From Bigelowiella natans CCMP2755 (lineage: Eukaryota > Protista > Cercozoa), in assembly GCA_000320545.1 (NCBI GenBank), contig ADNK01000344.1:4126-68125 (forward strand): 64,000 nucleotides of DNA, read 5' to 3'. The notes beneath the pieces are model-generated. The model had not been told where the DNA came from. It made no database searches and saw only the letters and a program-made list of their open reading frames with translations. The position numbers and the translations under genes are program-made. This document shows, in pieces, positions 1 through 13,873 of the stretch (positions within the stretch are counted from its first letter, which is position 1; every line of letters begins with the position of its first letter).

Positions 1-732
1 TTCATTCCTTAATTCACATCATTGTGACCGTTTCCAAGAGGAGATTCTTTTGAAGATTGGACCTTATATAATATCATCAAAACAGGGAGTTGAATAATAT
101 CAAAGAGAACTATATACTACCACACGTGAACAACAACCCACCCTCTAATTATTAAATATATGTAGTAAATGAATATTTTACACGTAGAGTTAGTTAAGAA
201 AGCTTCACACAGAATATGCACAATAAACACAGTTGTTCACAACGGATAGTAAACGTTAGTTGATCACCTCTATAGCCTTTTCAGAGTCAGACCTTTTGTT
301 GTGCAGAGGAGAAGAAAAAGCGAAGGAAATAATAGATTATTAGAATCTAAGAGGAGGACAAGGTCATGAGCAAGATATTTATTCTATTCATAGCAAGCTC
401 GATGCCAATATGAATTTTAAGTACTAATACCATTTCCATTTAAGAATGTTGGTTTCACTTGAGTGATTGGCCAAGTCCGCCACAGGTACGAGACACATAA
501 TCTAAGCATTAGGAAAAAAATTAAGGGTATCTTCACCGCACTTTCTTCTTAGATGCTGCATTTACTTAAGATGTGCTTTAAATCTTTTATAACTGTTGTG
601 TTTCCTATTTCTAAGTGCACTTCTGTCATATTTCACGAGTAAGCGAATAGCTTAACCACCAGTGGAAAAGAAAGAATTGTCATGATAATGTAAATACACA
701 AGATGCACATATGAATAATATTAACATATGAA

Positions 733-772
<40 letters not shown>

Positions 773-1025
773 CGTATATTATTTATGTGTGTGTGGGTGT
801 GTGGAGGGAGAGAGGGGCGGTGTGAATAAATAGATGACCCCCCATTTGCCAATCTCAACGATATGCGCTCGTGACGTCACAAGGAGAATTGCGTACATTG
901 CATACTCAATCTTCTCCAAATACCTATGAAAACATCCATGGATACTAGTCAATAGCGTAAGCTACAGCACCACCGTAATGTCACATATTCATTATTTGTC
1001 ATCCATATGTATATGAGGTACGACT

Positions 1026-1060
<35 letters not shown>

Positions 1061-1634
1061 GTATTACTTTCGCGAAAACTTCGCTGAATATTGTTTCATG
1101 AAACTCAAAAGTGCTTTGGCTTGCTGCTTGAGTTTTTTCTTTTCTTCCTGCAACTGTGCACGTAGTCCAGTACTTCGTAGTTCGCGTTTACAATCAATCA
1201 CTTGTAACGAGGCGGAGGAGGAGGAGGTGTGAGAATTAACGTCTTTCCTGTTCTTTTTCTTCTTCTTTTTGCAAGCAAGGATAGGATGATTCTTCATAGA
1301 TTCTAGAGATGGGAGATAGCTCAAGTAAGGACCGAACTTGGAATAATTTGAGGACATTTCCGAGAGAACAAACAACGCCATCCTAACAACAATGGGTTAT
1401 TGCGATCATAACATATGAGTGAGAAAAAGCAATATTGCGCTGAAGCAAGCAATATTAATAGCGAACACATCACCGTCCATCGTCCTATGTAACGATTACT
1501 CCTATTACTCCTACTGCAACCAACAAAAACCACCTTGATATTGGATCATAACCCTGAGTGTGAAAACTGCGGAGCTCTGGCATCATACTGTACACATTTT
1601 CCTGAGAATTATAATCATCACCATTTTATCATCA

Positions 1635-1677
<43 letters not shown>

Positions 1678-3104
1678 TTTAAAATAGAATATAACATCAT
1701 TCATCGAAGTCAGCAAAGGGGGGCAGATGCGTGGAAGTAAGATAGTGATCATGGATTTATATTTTCAATCAAATCTTCTAACCTCAGTTATGATAAGAGT
1801 TTCAGGTATTTGCATTATCACTTCTCCCTTATAAGGCCAACTAAAAAGTATTTAGTGAGGGCAAGTCGATGTGAAAATTTCAGTTCTAATATTTAAAAAT
1901 TATTGCATGTTGATCCTATTTGCAGTAATAGTAGTAGTAGTGGTAGTAGTGGTAGAGGTAATTGTATTTATTGTTAGTGATAGTAAGTCAGTAGAAAGTT
2001 GATACACAACGATCACTTTGCATATACTTTGTCCATTGAAACTATCCAATTCATCTATTGTGATGTAAAATATTGTACCCAAATCCCCAATCGCTCTGGA
2101 AGTAAACACCAGCATCTTCTTCTGCATTCCTGATAAAGAAATGTCCAAGTATTAATGCAAATATGAGAATGAAGATCCTGCTATTCTATACACACACAAA
2201 AAACATATCATAAAATAAGTAAATACACAAATCATACGCTCCATCACCTCTAAAAGAGATATAATTTTTGACGAAGCCATTGTTCTCACGAATCCAATTT
2301 ACAGCCTCAAAATGTGGTCCAAATTCATGTTTTAGGGTGCTTGCTCTTGTTTTCTGCAGTTGATAAACGTGAAAGAAAATATGATGTTACACGCCATCAT
2401 TGTTGCTTCAAAGCAAAATTCTTTCGAGTTTTTGCCAACATTTTGTAAGAATGCACGTGAATAAAGCACCTCTGAGTAACACTCCTCTGAGTTAAAGAGA
2501 CAGTTTAGTCCAGATGTTGAAAGCAACATCGAGGAGGATGGGAAAAAATAGTAGGACACCAACATTGCACATATGCTTATGATCAGGGTATATGCTCCGG
2601 CCTGTGAAACGCCAAAGAAGTAGTAATAAGCGAGTAATAAGATGGTGTAGGGACAGAGTCAGAATTCAAACATTTCTTGGGTAAGAAGGCTTTCCTGAAG
2701 AAGGAGAGCAGCTTACATGCTGTTGTAGCAGCAGCATGATGGATAGAAAGAAGCATCTCAGTTGCAAATAGTGCAGTAATTATGACCTCTAACATTCTTT
2801 CTACTTTAGGATTTGCTTCCACAAATTCTTCAATCTTGTTGAGATCCATGAAATCTTCTGGGTTCATTTGCTTTTGATAACGAATAGCTCTACCCCTCCT
2901 TCTTCTACCGTAGTTGCTGCGTTGAGGGTTTCTTCGTGGTTTCGTCGTTTCTAAATTGTCACTTCTTCTAACACTTTCGCTTGTCACTCTAGCCCTCCGA
3001 ATTAAGGTACTCGCGGGTACCGGACCCCCTTCATCTTGTTTTGCGTCTTGAATATCAACGGGTTGGGGGGCGGTGGCGGTTCGATTGGAAGATTCACCCG
3101 TCAT
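1..3104 (-). CDS. SET-domain protein-lysine N-methyltransferase (Rubisco LSMT/SETD3/SETD4-like), multi-exon; 3' end probably outside the window
   Basis: Stitched minus-strand exons: FEAVNWIRENNGFV (~2260-2310), GEVIMQIPETLIITE (~1783-1830), MALFVLSEMSSNYSKFGPYLSYLP (1381-1310), YAILLVTSRA (~865-900) and CLVPVADLANH (~460-500, SET NH motif). Putative ATG at 3104; the 5' exons are uncertain. Confidence 0.8.
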
Positions 3105-3316
3105 AGTGAACGCTGTGGGGGGTGGAGAAGGAGAACGATGAGAACACAACTATTTTTCAGTTGTTGCTTTAGCCAGACACAGATTCCTTTCACCAGCCCC
3201 AGCAGCAGCAGTGGGAGGAGGAGGAGGAGGAGGAGGAGGAGGAGGAGGAGGAGGAGGAGCAGCAGCAGCAACAGAGGTAGGTGAAAGAGTAGTAAGCGGT
3301 CCTCCTCTCTTTCTCT

Positions 3317-3359
<43 letters not shown>

Positions 3360-3654
3360 CTCTCGTAGGCAGCTGATGATATTATCCTTGATGTTGTAGC
3401 AGTCGGTGTTTGTCGCTGTCCTGTCGTTCTTAAGTCATCCTAGATCAGAAAAACCAAGTCGCAGGTCTAAAAATGGCATGGAAATCATCATCATTTGTGT
3501 GTGCATGTGCGTGGGTTATGTCGTATTTCCCAAACAGCCTGTATTTTATCATCGTCGTCTGTGTGTTTGTTTGTCGTCGTAGCGTGACGTGACCATCCAT
3601 CCCCTCCCTGTTCGTACAATACAACACACAGATAGACAGACAGCGACTATCTAG

Positions 3655-3810
3655 GAAGAACAAAGAAGTGGAGGAGGCAAACGTCATACCATAATGAACT
3701 TGACACAACTGGAGGCCCGACAAGAGGCGAATGTCTACCTGCTTAACGCACTTACATCTCGTCTTCAGGTGAGTGAGCGGTCGCGTCGATCAATTTGTCG
3801 TTGTGTAGCG

Positions 3811-3851
<41 letters not shown>

Positions 3852-4569
3852 AAACGAGAAACACAGCGAGGAAGTGGGTTGATACGAATTAGAAAATGAA
3901 GGAGGAAATAGGGGTCGAATCTTAGTCTCTGGAGCCCAATTAAGGGCAATAACAGTCGATATCATGTGATTAATGAATTAGATCCTAGAGGCAACTATGG
4001 TTTATGATCAAGACGATCGCACCAAGAACAACAGCGAGAATAACAACAAGAGTAGAAAGAAGGTAATTCAGATATGTAGATGCGAAAATGCATCATCTCT
4101 CAACTGCCTCAGAGCTGCAGCTACCTGCTGTATTGCTTATGTTAATCTATTTTTAGTATATAAGCAACACAATGATATCAGTAAAGATAATACTGCTAAG
4201 ATCATGTTTCATTTATCAACCTTTTATGAATTCTAACAAAACTGCACCACTATTATGGGTTTATTTCAAGAAGATTAAAAAAGAAAGGAAGAAGAATGCT
4301 GGAGGAGGTGGTGGTGGTAAGAACAAGAAGGATGAGAAAAGCATATACTTTTCGCCTCCTCCGTTATCTAGCGCCTCTATCCCTAAAGATTTTAAGGGAA
4401 TTCATGTAGACATCGACAAGGATCTGATGGGTATTGACTCTGATGTCCAAAAAAGGTAGCAGTGGCAGTAGCACTAGCAGCAGCAGCAGCAGATGATGAT
4501 CATAATGGTGGTCACGATGAAGTAGCCAGTTCGGTGCTCTGGTTATTTCTCTAATGCTACTACTACTAT

Positions 4570-4604
<35 letters not shown>

Positions 4605-4890
4605 ACATTTTGATTAGACTCCGGAGACTGTGCAACGATATTCCGGTAGTAATGATGAACTGAAACGTGTTGTTGAGCAACTTGGTCTGTGAGGATGAAA
4701 AAGAAGAAGAAGAAGAAGAAGAAGAACAAGAACAATATTGGGCAGATGTTGATCTAGCTTGTGGTTTTGAATATATGAGTGAGTAGTAAAAGTGTTTACT
4801 GAGCTATTGATTATTTTACTGCATTCAAAGGTACCTAGTGCAAAGTTTAAGCGCGCGCCATCCGACTACTATGATTGGGATCTGGAGCAA

Positions 4891-4931
<41 letters not shown>

Positions 4932-6746
4932 CTTCTTCTTTTTACTTATCTTTCCCCTTTCCTTTCCTTCACTTTTGGATTATCTCATTCCATGATTTGC
5001 CAATCACTGATATTCTCTTTTGTGATAAATTTTTGATTATTATCAGTCGAGACTGCCTACAAGCACCGCATATTAACTATCTCTGCAAGACTATGGTAGC
5101 AGCAGCAGCAGTAGTAGTAGTAGAAGAAGTATGAGGAGAAGAAAAACAAAAGGGAGGAAGGAGGAGGATATCAATTGTTGCTGGGTTATATCCTGATGAT
5201 GAAATAATGATGAAATGATGTTGGCATGCAAGCAGGATAAAAAGAAGAAGAAGAACACCTCAACTAATTCCAGACATATTTATGAGTATTTTCTACTTAT
5301 GTTACTTGCTAATCGTGTATCATCTGTCCGTAATTTAGACACTGCTACTGCTGCTGCTGCTGCTGCTGATTCTGTTTAGATCATGAGGAATACGAAGACA
5401 AATGCCACTGATTGCTCAGATAGGACGAATTCAAAGTATTATTATCAGTGAAATGATGATAATAATGATGATGATGATAATAAAAAGTCCTCCTTTTCCC
5501 CTGCCACTTAAAGAACACTTCATTCCAAGCAGTCACCATTGTAATTTATGTAGTTTATCCTATTGATTGTGTATTGATGAGAAGAGAATGTTGGTGTACA
5601 GGTATTACATGATTGTCATCCAATATACAGCAAAAATGAATAAGGTATAGCAAATTTGATGATGCGACAAAAAAAGCATTAAGATAAATGTATGATAGAT
5701 GATAAATATGCTGTCTGCGTGTGTGTGTGTGTGTGTGTGTTGACATAATATGGTATTCTGATTATTATACCTAGGAAAAATTGCAGAAGATTGTGCGCTT
5801 TTTGCGGCCTGAGAAGGAGAGGTATGACCGTGTGTGTCAGGCAGTGAATCAGCCGTCGTCGTCGTAAGACCCTTAGCGCCGTCTAACCCTATAAATATAA
5901 ACTTGTTAAATATCATTGTTATCGATGACGATTACGATTATGATATTTCTGTTTACTACTTCTTCTCAGAATGAGCAAGAAGAGCGTAAATATGCGGGTA
6001 GCAAGCCCAGAGGTAGTAGACTTTAATCGACAACTGTGCCTGTTTGTCATCGAATCAATTAATATGAACAACGACGAGAAATAAGAAAGAGAGAGACTAA
6101 GCAAGAGAAAGACTCGACGCTATGTCATGGTATAAGCTAAAGAAGAAACAGGGTTAGGGATCTCAAATCAATAAAATAGTATGTTTCTTTCATATGAGGC
6201 TGTTTACCATTATTGTTACCAATCATTATCATCATTATCTGTGATCGGTCGTTGTCGTTTAGCAGCAGCAGCAGCAGAAGCAGAATAGTACTACATATGA
6301 TACATGATGTAACAATGCGAACAGGATGGGGTAATGCTGAGTGGATTCGGCCACAACGCTGTCACTCCACTGGGTACATAACAATGTTCTTCTTCGTCGT
6401 CGTCGTCGTCACATAGTAACATCAACAACACCGACTGAAACAGTGACAGTGCCGATTTTAATGATAATGGCTGGGTTGATAATTTGTTAGGAATGGCCGT
6501 TAAAGTGCCAATGATTGTCTCACATCGCGTATTGGAGGTGGTTATGTAAGACTAATAAAATATCTTTCATATTTGTTAAACTACTACTACTACTATGTAA
6601 GACACTTACTGATTGAGTCGGTGAGGTTTGATCGTTGTTAGTTACCCTACATCTGGCTTGGAGGGGGAGAAGTAGACGTTAAATTGCGCATGTCTATCTC
6701 GGACCTCTGCAGAGTCTTCAATCCCATCATCGGGGACTTGGGCTAA
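3655..6746 (+). CDS. YbaK/aminoacyl-tRNA editing-associated domain protein (plant/algal type), about 13 exons; true start not resolved
   Basis: GT-AG exons give VPSAKFKRAPSDYYDWDLEQR|RDCLQAPHINYLCKTM|IMRNTK..DCSDRTNSK|YYMIVIQYTAK..|SGFGHNAVTPLG|MAVKVPMIVS..|LPYIWLGGGEVDVKLRMSISD..*. These match the LCK(T/S), HNAVTP and WLGGGEVD hallmarks of the family. Confidence 0.85.
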
Positions 6747-7099
6747 GAAAGTAGTAGAGTCGGTGACGGACATCATAATAGTAAGAATAATAAGCGTAAA
6801 TACCGCATCAGTTATCAATAGTAGTAGAAACTCGCATATCATCGCAACAATGGCTTTCAAAAGAAGGGGCGGAATTCAGCACAATGTAGTATCGTAGTGC
6901 TGGTGGGCCGGTATACAGGTGAAGGACGACAGGATGGTATTTTTTCATAATCAAAACAGCTATCGACGACATTACTATGGCCATTTGCTGATTGACCCAT
7001 TTATGATTTCAATAGAGCTCATTAGTGAACTACTTGCATCATTAGTCTTCTTCCTTTGTTGCTGAAAATGCTTAAGTGATGATTTAACCGCGTTTGCAA

Positions 7100-8290
7100 C
7101 AGCTAGCTGCAACTATGTAATAAAGCGACACATGACATTTGTAGGCTTCGCCGCGAGTAGTTCAGCGATTTGCTGTGCCAATGATTTCGTTATGCCAATG
7201 CTACAGCGCTGCCTTCCTCTCATCCAAGTGCTCATGTGTTCCCACATCAGTGGGGTTGCATTCACAGAAGATTGACGGCGATGAGCACGCATGCACATGT
7301 TGGCTTCAAGCAGCATTGTGAAGGACATCATTTATAGCAACAAGAAGAAACTTCAATCTCGCACCGCTAATCCAACAGTGGAGCGCTAGAAGTGCAATGT
7401 GCACGCTTCATCTCACATCATCATCAGCAAACCTAGACACGTCCGTGCACCTAGATGTAATCCAGTAGTGCTGGAGTGCGTGACATGCACAACATGCCAA
7501 AAACCATCTCACAATGCATCTCACATCACCAGCACGCGTCCAGTAGTAGTGCTAGAGTGCGCACATGCGTGACATGCACAACACACCAAAAACCATCTCA
7601 CAATGCATCTCACATCACCAGCACGCGTCCAGTAGTGGTGCTACATGGACTAGTGGAGTGCGTGCATGCGTGACATGCACAACACACCAAAAACCACTTC
7701 ACAATGCATCTCACATCACACAGCTAGCCAGCACGCGTCCATGCGCTTGTAGATGTGCGTGGTGCATGACATGCACAAAACTGAAAACGAATGCGCACGC
7801 ATGCCTAATGGCACGTGAAGGTCAATGTTTGCTCTCTTCACTGCATTCGCATAGCGCACAAAAGTCACACAACAACGTGAAGATCAGCGCAATTGCATCG
7901 CACTCGAGACCTCGCAACACATACGATGTGTGTCTCACTCAGTCTAGCAGTGCGCAGGATGGCAAGCTAGCAAGCGGCACATGTGCAAGCATGGTTTCAG
8001 GTACATCTGTGCACAGATGTTTGTTGTTGTGCTGCATGTACGCACAGCACTAGAGCAGTGCAAATGCATTTTGAGAATGAGCTGTCAGAATCCAGATTCG
8101 TGCTGGTCGATCGATGATGTGGCCGAACATTGACCATTGTCATGCTCAGAGTGATTTTGTGCACACAACTAGACATTCTCGCAAGCGAAAACCCCACGAT
8201 CACGTCCAAAGACATCTGATTGGCAGTCAGTTTGCAACGCACACAGATGCTGCACGTACGCTTGCATGCATGAATGAATTTTGTTATGAT
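7100..8290. other. TpA-depleted intergenic spacer containing three ~90-100 bp tandem copies (7476-7740)
   Basis: Rich in TGCA/CATG/CACA; the surviving TA are mostly CTA/TAG. Lies between the convergent YbaK and GT60 genes. Confidence 0.75.
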
Positions 8291-8588
8291 GAACATGTGC
8301 AGTTTTATTAATCGTCCTTTTTTGTCTCCATGAAAGTAGAATAAAGTTCTTTACCGACATAAAATACTCCGCATGTAAGGATAACAGCCAACATAGTTTC
8401 GGTCCAAGAGACAGTGTCGCCACCCCCCTGTTTCAAGTTATAATACAATTTAGATGCACTTGACATATGCCGATGAAGCGCTTAGACCTCACTATATCTC
8501 TAGTGTCCAATTTATATTGCATTGTCACCCAAAATCTCAATAAAAAAATGTGCAAGGATAGAGGTAAGAGTATTCTAGGTTTGTATTT

Positions 8589-10668
8589 TTATGGTTGCTG
8601 AGGACTGATTTGGTAGCTGACCTTAGTGCCAGTTGTAGTAGATTTTTCATTGTTGTTGTTATTGTTTTTACTACTATTTTCATGTTGCGTTTGTTTCCTC
8701 CTTTGCCTTCTTTTAGTTCTTTCTTCTGACACTTTCCTTGTTAGGTCGCTCCACAAAGCCTTAGGAGGACTACCAAACTCTTGCTTTTGCCGCTCATGAG
8801 AAATGGTTGGCTCTTGGTCTTTCTCAATCGTAATCATTTCATGAGCATAACTCACATATTTGTCCTCTATGTCAGGGGGCTGATGATGATGATGATGATA
8901 AACACACCAAACTATTAAAAATATAGACATCGTCACTAAGAATAACGCCTATGCAAACATTATCACTACGTACTACTGAGTTGATATTACAGGTTCTAAA
9001 TGAGCTTGTGATTGATTTCCTGGCAGCTTCGTGGGATATGTAGGCATGATAGCGTGGATCTTGTGAACAAGTACAAAACGCAACGAACGACAAACCGATT
9101 CAAGATGAATAAATAATGGCGATGTAAATAGAAAGTCAATGACAATATTCTTGTGAAAGGGGGTGTATACTAGTGGTCAAAGAAAGAAAAGCTAAATAAA
9201 AAACTCAAATCAACATCTAGCACCACTCATCTCATTACAAGTCAATTATTTTGGGAATGAAGAAATATGAAAAGGTTGTGCATATGTCCAAGATGATGAT
9301 CGATCTACTACTGTCTCATAATGAATCACTAGCATCACCTTGTTGGGATCTTCTTCAAATGGAATATACTTCAATTTTCCACATTTGTCGTTGTCCAGGA
9401 ATCTAACCAATACGTCGATATTTAGAAGATGACGAAGACGATGAGAATCCTTAGTTTAATGCATCTTCTTCAACAAGAACAACAACAGCTACTACTACTA
9501 CTACTTCTACTACTATTTGTGCCCTTGGTTGTTGCTTTCTATTTTCCTTCCCTCCTCTCCTATTGTCATTGTATTATCTTACTTTGAGGTTCTGGGATCG
9601 ATTCCTACGATGATGATGATAATGATGATGGAATCATACAATGTAACAAAAGATGATGCGTTTGTTGTTAAAGTGACACCAAATGCAAACTGGACAAGGA
9701 GTACTTTTTGTACATTGAAAATATATTACTAATGATAATTATAATACTCACTACTATCAAAAACAACACCATATTTTTGACACCTGCGAAATCTATGTAT
9801 TGGTCAATCGATCGCTGTGTTCCCAAGCCATAAGGTCCAAGTTCAACTTTCTAAACAAATGGATAAAAGTAGTAATAATATATGGGTGGTGGTATATCAA
9901 TATCAATATCAATATCTAAACGTATATATGTATATATTATAATATCTGCGTTGTAACCTGTTTCTGTTTCTATTTCTTTTTTTATTTTGAAGTCTCTGAT
10001 GATATATATCTATCAACTTCTACCTCAGCCCCTTGCTTGTCGACAAGACTCCAATACCGCTTTAGTGCATATGGGAGACCTGGTGGATTTCCATTCCATG
10101 TTGATTCTCGCCCCTGCTGCCACCTATTTAATGACGATGATTATGATGATGATTATTATTATTAGGATGGTAGTAGAACAGAAACACAGATGATTAGTAA
10201 AGAATCATAATTGATGGCGGCTTTTCTTCGATGGATTGTTATCAAAATGAATTAGCAGTTAAATTACACTCGTCCATGTGTATAGTCGTGAAACACAACA
10301 GGTCTATGGGGCGTGTACACCTGATAACAATAATATAATAGTAGTAATAATAATGATAATATTGACAACAGATGGTGACAGTGGTTGTATCACTTGAAAG
10401 AACAAAAATTACTAGCTAGAATCTATGTATATAATTAGATGGCCAAATTGCTGAATTAGTCGCAGCTATAATACTGTTACTATTATGATAGGTAGCAGTC
10501 ATAGTAGCAGTTGTTGTTATTGCTGCTATTATTGTCTGCCTTCTCCTCTTACATCGTATCCGTGTGTCCAAAGTCGAATCATACGAGAAAACTCCTCTCC
10601 ATCAAACATCCCCTTATGAAAGAAGAACAAATAAAGTAAAGGTTGCTGGCTTATTATTCAATCATCAC

Positions 10669-10703
<35 letters not shown>

Positions 10704-11340
10704 TATGCTGCTACTGTGGACGACTAACAAATCAATATATGAATGAAGAAGCAGAGCAATTATATGTTTTATTCAAAAAAGAACAAACTACTACTACCTC
10801 CAGGAAGGGGTCATTTGGAACATTTCTTTCAAAATGACATTTTGCAAATGACCATCCAGCAGCCCAGGTAAAGCTTATAATGTTGATCATATTTATAGTA
10901 GATGGCAATGGATGATGATAGATATATATTATTAGTACCTCAGGTGAGGCCTTGGTAAACAGTAGGCACCAGTAGCCTGATCGTTACGTACTACACCATG
11001 CCCCCCAACGATCGTTTTACATATAAATGGTATCTCGTAGTATGGGTGTCCAATGAGAACATGCCTAATAGTAGAAGTAGTAGATTATATAAGTAGAAGT
11101 ATTGGTATTCGGCCGTCGTCATATCACTACTCCGACAATTATTACCATAAATAATCACTGATTGAACAACTAACGGCATTCTTAGCTAGTAGCAGAGTAA
11201 TAGTGTCGTGTCTTCTACTGCTACTACCTACTACTACTACTAGTACTAGTACTAGTACAAGTACTAGTACCCTGTCTTTGACAAATCCTGTTTCACATTA
11301 CCGACGTAAGTCGATAGCACACCATATCTATCAACAAAAT

Positions 11341-11383
<43 letters not shown>

Positions 11384-12008
11384 AGATTGCAGCAGTTGGT
11401 TGCAGTAAAGCAATTAGTATCATGAAAGGAAGAATCTTATACAACTATTACCACTTGTTCTTCTACCCATAGGAATTATGATTAAGAAGAAGATGGGAAC
11501 AAACAAATACATTGTTGTTGCTGCTTCGCTTAAATGCAGAACAAGAAAATGCCAGAACATACTATTCTGCATGTAGAGTTTAAAATTAAGGGGTATATTC
11601 CAGTAAAATAAGCAGTCAATTGCAATAAAACATATTTTGAAGGCTACTACTGGTATAGCAATCAAGTGCATGTATTTATTATCATAACATCATCTATCAA
11701 CAGTTCTGTTTACTTACTCATTTTCAGTCATTGCCCACATCTATGGTGAAGAAGAAGAAAGAAGGAGAAGAAAGAAGGATAAATGAAGAAGATGAGCAAA
11801 AAAATATATATAAAGAAGATGATGAGGAGGGAAGTAGTAATTCTAGATCGACGGCATAAACATATATATTCTCAAATGTTATTATTATTAAGAGCAATCA
11901 GATATCGTTAACCACGGCAAAGGAATTAACGGTGTGTTACTGTTGTTTTCTCAGCATTCTTGATTTTACACACCTCCACAAACAGACGAAGAGATGAACA
12001 CACACATA

Positions 12009-12069
<61 letters not shown>

Positions 12070-13068
12070 TGATAATGAGAGGTAGGTGTTACTACTACCT
12101 ACCTTCATAAGAGCTACGTCATAGCGTTCCATGAAATCCACGTGGGCATCAACCTTATTATTATTGTTATTATTATTTTGGTGTTGTTGTTGTTTTTCAA
12201 GAACAAATAGTCATCAGCATATCGTTAGTAGTGGTAGTCGTAGTAGTAGTAGTAGTAATAGTAGTAGTAGTGGTGGTGATTGTAGTATTTAATGATGATG
12301 ATGATGATGATGATAACAACTACACCTGCATGCAAAACTCATGATGTGGTTGCACCATTACTGCGCCAATAGCCCTGTTATGTTCCACACATCATTTAGT
12401 AGAAGTTGTTGTTCTGCTACTTACTACTACTAAACATTGGAGTGACTTCTCGCTACTACCTTGCCCATATTGGTCCTTTAGATTCTTTTGCATCAACACG
12501 TACCTAGCAGCAGCATATTTGATCATGTGGCGCTCTCTCGTGTCATTATTGCGAGTTTAAGTAGCATAATTATCATTATTATTACACACACAACCATCAC
12601 GACAATCTGACTGCACTGATTTGTTACTAACAATCTCCAAATGATCCAGATAAGGGCATGATGTATATCCCTCCCTCTGCATGAGAGCACAATAGATTGA
12701 TATGCAATCGAATTTGTCCTAAGTGTATTATACATTTTATATGTAGTAAATTGACACTTTTATATGATCTATCTTTACTATGATGATTCAGAGAAAGGAA
12801 GCTTCTTCGGCGGCTAAGTTACAGAAATGATTACTAAACAACACATTTTCATTTTCTTTCTCTTCCTTTCTCCATCTTGTAGTATCAAGGCAGACGCATC
12901 AGTCAATTATCCAATTATCATCTATGTAACATTTGAAACCACCTCTACAACTACCACTACTACTACTACCACTACCACTACCACTACCTTATCCGGAAGG
13001 TTTTGCTGAACGATTCCAACGTATATTCTCTCCGGATGTCGCGCTCTGGTGTATGCATGCATGCATGT

Positions 13069-13100
<32 letters not shown>

Positions 13101-13188
13101 CTGTGTGCTGTTATTTATCATCATTTGTTACTACATTTAATGTTTGAGTAGTCTAACAATCCTAATAATGGTTTTAATAGTCTTCCTG

Positions 13189-13219
<31 letters not shown>

Positions 13220-13533
13220 AATGAGCTGTGGTACACAACTACAGTGTCACCATAGATATGATACATATACGACATATTAAACGCTGATGCTACATACACT
13301 GTTATTTGACAAAAATATCAGCATCTGTTAATTAATTACTACTCCTCCACTCCTTCATCGTACACATTCATTGGGATGATGATACTATCATATTATTTGA
13401 CTTTCTTAGTTATAGTATAAATCACACAACTAGCACCATTATTATTTGATTTTCTTAGTTATAGTATAAATCACACAACTAACGCCATTACTACGACCTT
13501 AAAAATGAATTTGCGACCGTCTGACCGCATCTA

Positions 13534-13567
<34 letters not shown>

Positions 13568-13671
13568 CATATGTATCAAAGTGCCGTTCGATCGCATCTA
13601 TTATCATTCTTATTATTATATGTATCACAGTAGTAGCAATGTACATTAGGCATGTCACTTGCTGCTTCGAG

Positions 13672-13706
<35 letters not shown>

Positions 13707-13826
13707 TTGAAATAGTAGTAGTGTGAGAGTTGCAGAAACATATTTATCAGGGAGAGGAGTACTGTATGTTGTGTGCACAACAAAGGATACATGTGCTTTG
13801 ACGTACATCTTGGGGGATGGGGACAT

Positions 13827-13873
<47 letters not shown>

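Noticed and set aside
2655-2700. In-frame TGA (ESLLTQEMFEF*LCPY) hinting at UGA=Trp recoding
   Set aside because: A pyrimidine tract and CACAG acceptor follow, so the stretch is probably intronic. Conserved Trp codons elsewhere are TGG, and TGA ends the KamA and Zim17 genes.
7100-8290. CpG methylation decay or classical RIP as the cause of the TG/CA excess
   Set aside because: CpG remains common and TpA is lost rather than gained.
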